Below are positions 8,823 to 19,800 of a stretch of DNA of 23,114 nt, piece by piece. The translations under genes were made by a program, and so were the position numbers. The DNA is from a virus. Its lineage: Duplodnaviria > Heunggongvirae > Uroviricota > Caudoviricetes. Below the pieces are notes generated by a model that saw only the letters and a list, made by a program, of their open reading frames with translations, had not been told where the DNA came from and ran no database searches. The first letter of the stretch is position 1, and each line of letters begins with the position of its first letter. The stretch spans positions 113,380 to 136,493 of IMG/VR virus record IMGVR_UViG_3300028832_000101; one strand, given 5' to 3'.

Positions 8823-9554
8823 TTAATTTTTCTTTTTAACTTGTGCACCGCTACTATCTTCTACACATAGCCAAGTATTTTTAGTTTTACCCCAAACATT
8901 TCCTTTGCTATCTGTTGCGAATTCTCTAATAGTAACTGTTACACCAATTTTATATTTAGCATATCCCTTGTTGTCTGAAATACATTTAGGTTTTGCTTCA
9001 GCTGATAATCTACTATATTTTACTTTATTAGTAGTTAATACTTCAGGAGTACATCTTATATATTTATGTTGTAATGTAATATAGTCTCCTGGTTCCCAAG
9101 TAATTGGAGTAGGTGCTGGAAGTCCAACCAATTCTTTTCTTCCGTAAGCATAATCAGTTGGGTTAATAGATGAACTATTTCCACCTTTATCAATTTGGAA
9201 ATGTAAATGTTTTCCTGTCGAATGACCTGTATTACCCATTTCCGCAAGATATTGACCTTTCTTTACATATTCCCCTTCTTTTACGACAATACTGCCGCTT
9301 TTTAAATGATAATATGCAGATTGATAAGTCTTATGTTGAATTCTAACCTTACACATAGTACCATTATTTTCTCCCTTATTTACCACTTTTACAACTTTTC
9401 CATCTGCGGTTGCTACTATTTGAGTACCTCCAACTAAATCAATACCATAATGATGGTCAACTACCCATTTACCATTATATTTGTATTTTCTAGTTTTATT
9501 AGGTCCTGTGTACGCAGATGTAGTTTTTAACTTGTTAGTTACAACTGGTTGCAT
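8823..9554 (-). CDS. Endolysin: M23 family zinc endopeptidase plus putative SH3-like wall-binding domain, 243 aa
   Basis: HYGID (HxxxD) and HLH (HxH) zinc ligands, YYHL motif, LPAPTP linker. Start reassigned to ATG 9554, which follows AGGAGG, rather than 9575. Confidence 0.9.
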   Translation of the reverse strand: MQPVVTNKLKTTSAYTGPNKTRKYKYNGKWVVDHHYGIDLVGGTQIVATADGKVVKVVNKGENNGTMCKVRIQHKTYQSAYYHLKSGSIVVKEGEYVKKGQYLAEMGNTGHSTGKHLHFQIDKGGNSSSINPTDYAYGRKELVGLPAPTPITWEPGDYITLQHKYIRCTPEVLTTNKVKYSRLSAEAKPKCISDNKGYAKYKIGVTVTIREFATDSKGNVWGKTKNTWLCVEDSSGAQVKKKN

Positions 9555-9555
9555 A

Positions 9556-9774
9556 TTAGGCCTCCTTCTTTTCATCTTTCTTTTCAGATTCTACTTCCTC
9601 AGCAGGGATATCTGCTTGAGGAGTAGATTCTGATTGTTCTCTTTGAAGTTGTTGCTCATAAAGCATCGCAACTTCATTGAATATATCTTTTAAAACATAA
9701 TAAATTGCATCAATAGTTAAATTACTATTGTTAATATCTTCCGCAATTTTTTGTTTAAAGTCATTTAATATCAT
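9556..9774 (-). CDS. Hypothetical protein, 72 aa
   Basis: Fills the gap between the tail tip gene and endolysin. GAAAGAAGG RBS; its TAA abuts the endolysin ATG (TAAtATG). Confidence 0.75.
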   Translation of the reverse strand: MILNDFKQKIAEDINNSNLTIDAIYYVLKDIFNEVAMLYEQQLQREQSESTPQADIPAEEVESEKKDEKKEA

Positions 9775-9799
9775 TTTAAAACCTTCTTTCTTTTTTATG

Positions 9800-12700
9800 T
9801 TAATTTAATTTTATATATCCATACACTTCTGCTCAACCCGTAAGAATTCCAGTATCTTGTCCTATAGTTCTTGCTGGATGACTTTCATCTACTTGTCGAG
9901 TGGCTCAAGAATCTGAAGATTTTATTGAAATATTAAAAGTTCTCGGTTGATTTGTAGCAGCTCCAAATATATTAGCAAAATCTTCAGTTTCTTGAATTTC
10001 CATTCCATCATCAGTAAAAGTTATATTATCATTTGTAATTGGATGTTGTCCCCAGTCTGGAACATTCCCACCGATAAATGCATAACTATTATAAAAACCA
10101 TAACCTGTTTGTCCTAAATTACTAACATGATAAACTTTTAAATGCTTACATTTACCTTTAAAATCTTGCTTAGGTTCGTCATCCCCCCAAATCATACAAG
10201 TATGTTGTAATATAATTTTAGCTTTAGTTACAGTAAAATTCGCGGGAATTCTAATACTAAAATTTATTCAACTTTGTCTAACCTCAAAAGGTCCAAAATT
10301 TGAATCACAATTTCAACCAACTCATCCTGCAGTATCTCCATCATATCCATTTGTCCAAGCTCATCCTCATATCTCTCCTGGAAAAGTTAGATTCGTAAGG
10401 ACTCCTTTGCTTCCATCAATTACTCCTCCATTAATAGTTGCCAACTTACATGTCAATTCTCCATTAGCGTTAACTGAGAAATTTTCATTACCCCATCTAA
10501 TTTCTGGAGTGTTTAAATCTATTTTCATTCCACTTTGGCTTTCAACAGAATAATTACCACTAACAATTGTTGCTGTATCTTGAGTAGGATCTAATATAAT
10601 TTTACCTTGGCTAGCTTTACCAAACTCTGCCTTTCCTGTCTCTGCATCTAAGAAGATAGTTCTTTCTCCATTGTTAAATGCAAATAACCCTTGTTCAGTT
10701 TTTCTAGTTTCATTTTCTTTTACTTTTCCCATTAATAAACCGGTAAAAGTATTAGTTACAGGATCCTTCGTTCCGGCTCCAATTTGAGGAGATAAAATTG
10801 TTCCTTTTCCATTATCTAATGAAATATGATTTCCATCTCATCCATTAATTGAAGCGATTCCAAATTTATTTAAGAAGAAATGAATTGGTATATGAAGTTT
10901 TCCAACTTCTGTTAAATTAGCAGTTAAAATTTTGACTTCTACTGCATTAGTTACATTTTCTCCATCATAATTATCATCAGGAACAAAAAATTTTGAATTT
11001 CCTGTTAAATTATCTGTTGTTAAATGTAAATCATCAACCCAATCAGTTCCATTAAATATTTTTCCTCTTATACTTCAATTATATGAAACTTTATATTTAT
11101 TATTAATTTCAGTAATATCTTCTCATATATTGTTTATTTTTTGTTCTACTTGAATTTTAAAAGGATTAGTATTACTATATTGAGGTTGTTTTCCTGCACT
11201 ATCATATTCTACATATCTAAAACCAGAACCTTTTAATAATTTAATTTTATAATCATTATTTTGAGTTCCAACTATAACTGGTAAAGTACAATAATAAATT
11301 TTATCTTTATAAGTAACAGTCGCTTTAACTATATCCGCGCCATCCTCAACATAATCATTATAACTAAATAATCCATTATCATAAATAATAGAACTAGAAT
11401 CATATAAAACATTAGCATATCTATTTTTTAAAATACTCCATTCAATATTTACATTTGATGTAACACTCGAATTAGTTCCTTCCCATTTCATTTCTCCATC
11501 TTCTCAAATTTGAACTCTAAACCATTTTCCATCATTAATAGGTGTAAAATTTGGTGTTCCATTCATTATCATTGGATATTCAGTAAATTCTTCCCTAGTA
11601 TTAGGAATAATTTTACAAATAATACTAGTTCCATTTGTTCCAGGTTCTCCATCTTTTGAAAAAGTAAATGATGTATTTGCATTTAAATTTAATGTTTTAT
11701 ATTTTACATTTAAATTAATTGTATTATTTCTAATCTTAGTTATATCATATTTATCTTCAATAGAAAAAGGTAATTCTAACTCATTTAAACTTTGACCCTC
11801 TTCTATCTTTATTAAACTATTATTTTTTGGAATTGTCCAGTTAATTTCGCATTGTTCTAGAATATCTGTTCCTAATAATCTACCATTACTATCTATAATA
11901 TTGAAAGATAAAGGTAATATTTCAATTGGATTTTCTAAACTTCTATTTGTAGGTGAGATACCCATATTATCATAACTAAAAGTTTGCATACCATTATTTA
12001 TTACTAAAAAATATTCTCCTTCAATAGACAAATTATTAGTAATAAGAATTGATGCTGTTCCTATTGGTAAATTATTAATATCATATGCAGTACATTTAAA
12101 AACACCAAAATCTATAATTTTAGATAAATCCACATTAATAATTTGATTACCTTCAACTCTTTGGATATTTTTATAACTGTCTAAAATAGCTTTTTGTGTA
12201 TCTAACTCTTCTTGAGTTGCATTAGGCATTAATACCCCTGCATCAATTAAAGCCAATAGTCTAGTATATTCTGCTTTTGCGGCATTATATATATTATTAT
12301 CTTCAGTTGTTTCTGCTAGTAAAGTCACTTTCTCGTTATTATCATAATAACTCCATTTATAACTAATCTCTGAGGCAGGAACATCTCCAGTAATTCCTAC
12401 TAAACATGTTAATGTAGGGGAACCATTATCATAATAAAATTCAGTCCCACTATCACTTTCAATGGCAATTTCATAATTAGCTCCATAATTATAAATTTCA
12501 CAATAACCTTCTGCTATTATTTCACCATTTCTAACTCCGACACATTTAATTAGCATTCTTAAACTTTTTACACTATATTTATCAATTAAATTAAAATTAA
12601 CTCCAGGAATATAATTCTTTTTTCCAGTTGTAATATCTGTAATAGTATAATCATTAATACATTCTCAACCATTTCCGCCATATATAGTATAATTAACTGA

Positions 12701-13699
12701 ACTAGTATCAATTGAATTATTTTCCTTAAACCAATAATATTGAATTCCTTTAGTAACTTCATTATTTTTATAAGTTAATTTAGCATTCATTTTTATTGTG
12801 CTTGTACTTGAATCATTCTTATTGAAATATCCTTTTCCTTCTTTTATAATGGCCATTGCATAGTTATCGCGATCTAAATTTTCTTTTTTATCTGCGGCAC
12901 TTAATTCAAAAGCGCGAACAAAAATGTCATTAGGATGATTACTCTCTGTTTTTGGAAAGTGCTCTTCAAATATATAAATTCTTTTAACACTTATAAAATT
13001 ATCACTATTAATTTTAAATAAACCATATTGTTTAGCTCAATCAGTTAATTTATAAGGATTCCCTTTCATATTGTCAACATCTATAATATAATCTTGAGTA
13101 ACTGCCTTCCCTGAGGCATTATCTTTAAAATCTATTTCAAATATAATTCCATAATTTCCTTCAGTTTGTTGCGCATTATCTAATTTAGTTTTAAATTCTG
13201 CTGCGCAGATTAAATATTCACTATCTTTTATATTTTGTTGTAAAGATATAGTATCTAAATTAATAATATTAATAGATGCATCTCTATCATATAAAACAGT
13301 TGCTTGATCTGCTTTATATGAACATAAACCAAATTCATCATCAGAAAATAAAGTATTTCCGCCAATAATTCGATATACTTCTTCGTCATTTAAAACTACA
13401 TCATATTCAGTTTTTTCTTTTTGAACTGCATTAATAATAATCTTATCTTGATCGAAATCCCCATTAGGCACTAGAATATTTACAAGAACCCCTTCAGGAT
13501 AAAAAGCATTTAAATCAGTAGCATACGCTTCTATTTCGCTATCTTGATATTTTAATTTATATTTTCCTAAATCTGCATCTGTTCTTTCAATAACAACAGC
13601 TTGAATAGTTTTATTAAATTGAGCATTTGAAACTTTATCTGAAACGACCATTTCAATTGCATCAAGTAAATTGTTTTCATAATCATTACTGTTCATCAA
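9800..13699 (-). CDS. Tail tip / central tail fibre protein, 1299 aa under code 4 (13 in-frame TGA)
   Basis: Six track ORFs share one frame, and all gaps are free of TAA/TAG by hand translation. TGA at 13037, 12665, 11504, 11123, 11075, 10838, 10367, 10361, 10322, 10313, 10268, 9905 and 9833. Beta-rich, lies directly after the tape measure gene. Start is TTG 13699 or ATG 13696. The specific function is inferred. Confidence 0.85.
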
Positions 13700-13734
13700 A
13701 AAAACATCTCCTTTTCTCTCTAAATTTATTCCTT

Positions 13735-13780
13735 ATTATATTTTTAAAAATTAAATAAAAATATTATTTATTTTGGTCCA
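13735..13780 (-). promoter_or_regulatory. Putative late promoter motif, copy 3
   Basis: TGGACCAAAATAAATAAT right after the terminator U-tract; TATAAT at 13740-13735 with no recognisable -35 at 17 bp. Confidence 0.45.
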
Positions 13781-13817
13781 AAATAAAAAAGAGATAGTCT
13801 TTTATTAACTATCTCTT
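13781..13817 (-). terminator. Intrinsic terminator overlapping the tape measure 3' end
   Basis: Perfect 10-bp stem 13789-13798/13808-13817. The loop contains tandem TAA TAA stops. A U-rich tract follows. Confidence 0.8.
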
Positions 13818-16800
13818 CTTTCTCCAATTCTTTGGCTAGCTGAATTTACTAAGTTGTTTAATGCGGCTTCTATTTCCGCAGAGTTTCTTACATTAGGGAA
13901 TTGAGCATCAATATGAACAATTTGTTCAAGAGCTCCATCATTTGGAGTACTATTGATACTAGCTGCGCTAGCTCCTGCTAATCTAGCAAGAACATTACTT
14001 CCTAACATTTCTGTTAAGTTTCTCATTATAGCAACAGTATTAAGCATATTTGCAGTATCACTTGCATTTAATACTAATTCTTTTTGATGTAGCATTGCAA
14101 GTCTACCACTATTATCCCAAGTACCAGTATAACCACCAGTATCATATCCAGTAATTTGATCTTGTCTAATCCATCCTAAAGCTCCACCACTAGTTGTTGC
14201 AATATGAATTGGATATGGTCTACCATTTTTTACAATAGTAATCTTAACTTGAGTACCAGCTTTCTTACTACCGCTTCCACCTCCACCATAGGAATCAGCA
14301 TAATATCTTCCGCCTTGGTAAGTAACTACTTCTCCAGGTTCAGGAGAACCGTTTCCGCCTCCGCCAGAACCTCCTCCAGTATTTATATCTGTGCTTGGTG
14401 CGGCAGGTTGTGGAGCAGGAGTAGGAGTTCCACTTGCACTAGAAGTTGTTTGAGTTTGATTTTTATATTCTTCAGCTTGTTTTTCTTCTGAAGCATGCTT
14501 GTAATTATAAGCCTCTTCCGCAATTTGTTTAGCAACTTCTAATTCCCTTTCTCTCAATTTTAAATTTTCTTTTAATTGAGAATATATATCTTTAACTGCT
14601 TGTAATTCAGTTCCATAAGTATTTATAATTTCTTCATTTACACCAATTAATTTTTGTGCTTCTGTAATAGCCTCATCTTCACCATTAATAATAGTATCAA
14701 AAGTTCCATCTGCTACTCTATTAAGGTCTTCAATTTTTTCATTATAATCTTCTTCTGCGGCTATCATCTTATGATATGTTTCATCAAGAACTGCAGCAAT
14801 TCCGCCTTCGCCAATAACATAGTCCATAGATTCTTTCATACCATTTGCATATGTTGGAATATATTCTTCTAATATAATTTGTTTAGCTCTATCGGATGCA
14901 TTCATTAATGAGTCAATTGCTAATTCATTAGATCTTGATATTTCTTCAAAAGCTGAATTAGTTAAATTTTGATTTGCAACAGAATAATCTGTCATAACTT
15001 GTTGTAATAACTCATTATATTGTTGAATAATTAATTGACGTTCTTCTAATTGTTTAGCTGGATCCGCGATATCAACTGTAGCTTTTAATTTTTCTTCTAA
15101 CTCAGTTAAACCATCACTTCAATCTTTTGCTAAACTATTAAATCTTTCTTTATCAAAATTATATAAACTATTATATAAATCATCTACTTTATTTTGAGCC
15201 TCTGTTATAGCATCATTATCTGCTATATATTGATATGTGTAATTACCTTGACTATCTCTTCTTAATCTCATTTGAGATTTATTTTGTTGAGCTTCTTCAA
15301 GAGCAATTCTAGCTAACTCAATTTCATAAAGTTTATTGGCTCTATCAACATCATATTGAGTAAGTCTATCTCTTTCGCGGAGACCAGTAAGTTGTTCATC
15401 CATAACCTTTTTCAATTTTTGTTGTTTACCAATATTATCTGTTTTATTAATTGCATCTACATATTTCTTTTCTAACTCTCTTATTGCATAAGTAGAATTA
15501 ATTGTATCTAAATATCTATTTGCATTTTTATTTATTAAATCTCATTGTTCATTTATATAACTTAAACCTAAGCCATTAGTAATAACTTCTTCCCATTCTT
15601 TATACATACCATTAACTAAATTATGTAATTCATCTTTAGTCGCTTCTATGGCCGCAGTACTAAGTTCTTTAACTTGAGTGATTGCCGCTTTTAATTTTTC
15701 AGTAGCATTTTCTCTTTCTTCTTCTGTAAGTTGTTCATTTTCAAGTCTTTCTCTCCAGAAGTTTTCTTCCATTTTAGCATATTCTAGTTGTTCTTTTAAT
15801 GCTTGTTGTTGTTTAGCATAATATATTTCTAAATCTTTATAAGCATCTTCCCCAAGTAATAATTGAGTTAATTTAATATCATGATTAATTAAATCTCTTA
15901 GATATTCATAATTTTCAATTTGTTTATCAAATTTTTCTTGAACCTCATCCATTTTATCTAATACATCTTGTAATGCATCATTTTCTAGGTCACGAAGCTC
16001 ATCAATTGAATTCATTATTTTATCTAATGCTTCTTGTAATTGATCTAAGCCTTTAGCTTCATTATTTCCGAAGATATTATCTTGACCACGTTTCATTTTT
16101 TCTAAATTATCTAAAGCTTCACGTAAATGTCTAGTTTCGGTTTGAATATCTCCATTTCCACTATTATTAAAGTAAGTATTAAAATCCTTTAATCTAGTAG
16201 AGATATTACCAAATATATCTTCATCTTTAAATCCCTTAATATTTTTCTTATACCATTCATTCCAATCTCTTGTTGCTTGATTCATATCAAGAGTAACTTC
16301 AATTTCTAAATTGAATTTTTGAATATTTAATTCAATTTGTTTATCAATTGCATCTTGAATAGATTGTTGTAAATCTGGAATAAAATCAGTAACTAATTCA
16401 TCATATCTATCAATATCTTTTTTAAATGCTTCAAAATCTTTTTCAGCTTTTTTAAGAGTATCTTCATATTTTTCTTGTTGTTCTTTAGACATTTTATTGT
16501 AATTGTCATATAAACTATTTACATAAGCCTCTTGCGCCTTAATTGCTTCTGCATAATTTGCAACAGTACCATCTGAATTAAAATATACTCCCTTATTAGA
16601 TAAATTATTTGCTAATTCTTTTTGTTCATCATTAGCAATTCTTAATTTTTCAGTATAATTACTAATTTGAATATTTAATTGATTTCATTGAGCATTTAAA
16701 TTATTAATTAAATTACTACCAACAAATTTTTCTTGTTGAGATTCTAATTTCTTTAAAGCATTATCTACTTTTGTTATTTGAGCATTGACTTTATGATATC

Positions 16801-19800
16801 TATCGATGTCTGTTTCAATATGCTCTTTTTTACTTGGTTTACTACTACTTCCGCCTTTTTTACCTGTAGCAGCAGCTTTATAGTTACCTTTACTTCCTAC
16901 TGTTTGTTTAGTTTGTTTTACTTCAAAATTTCCATCTCCAACAACAGTAAAGTTTTCATTTTTAGGTGTTGTAGTCTCAATCCATGCATAATCTATATCG
17001 ATAACTCTCTTTTGTCTCTCTGGATCAGTAGATGAAGGATCATAAGCTGGGTTTGGCATTTGACCTGAATAAGTATGTTGAACACTTTGACTTTCAGTAG
17101 AGAATGTCGCTGTTTCAAAAGTTAATTTTTCAGGTTTATTATAAGAAATTGGAATTTCAATTCCAAGTTGTTTTGATAATTCATTGATTTCTGCTATAGA
17201 CATGTCAGTAGCATTTATCATATTTGCTAAAGTTTGTGCATATTTTTTTTCTAATGATTGACCCACATCTTGAGAATCAATAGCTTGAATAATATCTTCA
17301 AAACTCATTCTTGCATTGCTTAATTCTGCTAAGGCTTTTTCACTAGAACCAAAAGCACCTTTTAAAGCATTTAATCTACTTAAAGTATATAATGCTTCAT
17401 AAGCTTTTTCTGCTTCTTTTTCAGTTCCTGTTAATAATATATTAATTTGTTTTAATGTTTCCGCATCTTTAAAATCATCAGAAGTAAGAACAATTCCCAT
17501 TTCCTTTAATTGATCTACAACTTCTCCAACAGCATCTGCAACATCATAACTTACTTTTTCACCATTCTTCATGGCTTTAGCATAAATTTTTATTGCATCA
17601 GCATTATTTTCGTAAGCTTTTCTTGCATCGTTATAAGATTTATTAAATTTATAACTTGCTGCAGCTGCGGCCGCAGTATCTTTAGTTCTAGACTTTTCAA
17701 TATCCCCTGACTCTTCTAATGTAGCGGCATATAAAGTTAAAGCAGTTTTAGTTGTTTTTAATGCTTCTGCTTGTCCTTGTAAAGTATTATTATATTCGTC
17801 TAAATCAGATGCAATTCTTTCAGGTAATCTGCCTCATTCATCTGTAATATCTAATAATCCTTTATAATATTCTTCTATAGATTGACCATCAGGAAGTAAA
17901 CTTTCTAATTTTCCAATTTCACCAGGATTACCTGCAGCTTGTAAAAGACTTAATTCACCTGTTGTTAATTGTTTAAGATTATCTTCAGTAAAACTATCTG
18001 ATTGAAGTTTTAATAATGCTCCAGCAACATTTGATTTAGAAGTATCTGTTTCTATTGGTGAGCTAATCGTATCAACTCGATCATATACTTCTTTTACTTG
18101 ATTAAATATTTCTTCAAGATCTTTCTTACCTTCATAATTTGCTCTATTGCTTATTCCTGCATCCTTAGCTTCAACATATCGTTTAGCGTCCTTATCCATT
18201 CCTCCTGCAGCTGCATAAACTCCTCCAGCTAAATCTAAGACACCTGCAATAGGATTTCAAGTTCAAAAATCTTTTACACCTTGAGCTTCTCTAGAAGCTG
18301 ACATACCAGCACTAAATTTATCCATCCAATTTCCTGAATAAATTTTATTCATTGCTTGTGCAGTGGTTGAACTATCTATATTTTCTGAATAAGCTCTATT
18401 CCATTTGTCAAATTTCTCATAATCTGTCACATAACGATCTCGAATTGCACTTTTTTGCATTTCAGTCATTGAGTTATATCTATTAGTTTGGTCTTGATCC
18501 ATTGTTGCAATCATATGTTGAGTGGCAGTATAACTAAGTTGTTCTCTATCTTCTGCAGTCAATTTTTGGAATTCTGGATTTCAATTTTCAATAGATTCTG
18601 AAATATCTTGACCATTTTGTTTAATTGCATCAACAGTTTGATCTGTATCATTTTGTAAAGCACCTAATAAAGGTAGCGCTCATTCTCCCTTTTCGCTAAT
18701 TTGACCTATATTAACAGGATTTTTAGAACTTGCATTTTCAAGAATTTTTCTACCTTGATCATTATCTATCCAGTAATAACTTCTTCTATTTACATCTTTA
18801 GTAAATTCACTAGTAATTTCATTTTTTCTTTGTTCTCTTCTATAATTATCTACTCTATATTGAGCGTAAGCAGTATCTGCTTGTTGTTGTAATAATTTTT
18901 TATTTTGTTCAAAAGCTCCTTTTTCTAGAGCTTCTTGTGAAATTTCAATTTTTCCACTGCTTCCAACAACATAATCTTTTCCTGCTATTAAATTTAAAGT
19001 ATCAATTAATTTTAATGCTTGCTCATTTGATTTTATAATTGCTTCATAAAATTCTACAGTTCCTTCGGTTAAAGAATCTATAGAAGATCTAGCATCCTCA
19101 TATGAAGTTAATGTCTCTTTAAAATCACTATATGCAGTTTGAGCTTCTTCTAATTGTTTTTTATTTAACTCTAATGTTTGATTTAATTTATATTCTTCTG
19201 AGTTTAATTCTTTAACATGCTCTAGATATTTATATATTGCTACACCAAGTGCTGCAGCTCCAGCTACAGCCGCCACTGCTAAAACAACTCAATTTCCCAT
19301 TAAAGCATTTTTAATTGTTAATAAACTATTTTCCATTATCAAACCAGGAATAGTTTTTGTTGTTCTTTGAGTATTATTAGCTCCATCTGCTACTGTATTT
19401 TTAATTTCTGCAGAGGTATTCTCATTTTTTACTGCGGTGTTAGCTTTTGTAAGGCCTGTCTCAGTAGTTAATAAAGCATTTCTTTTTGTTAAAGAAACAT
19501 TTTGTTTTTCTAAAACTAATCTAAAATTTGAAAAAATTGAAGTAACTTTGTTTCAATTTGCTAATAAAATTGGCGCTTGTACAATAAGTATGGCAAAAAT
19601 ACTTTTAAATTTTTCCCATCCACTCATTTCTTCATCGGACATTTTTAGTATTTTTATAATACTACCTAAAGATTGTAATGCTGAGAATGTAACTGCTATT
19701 CCAGATATTAAATTTTGATAAGCTTGTGCAGTTGCCGCTTGTTGTTGTGCAGATCTTACAGATTCATCTATAGCATTCTTATGTTGTTTTTCTTTTTCAA

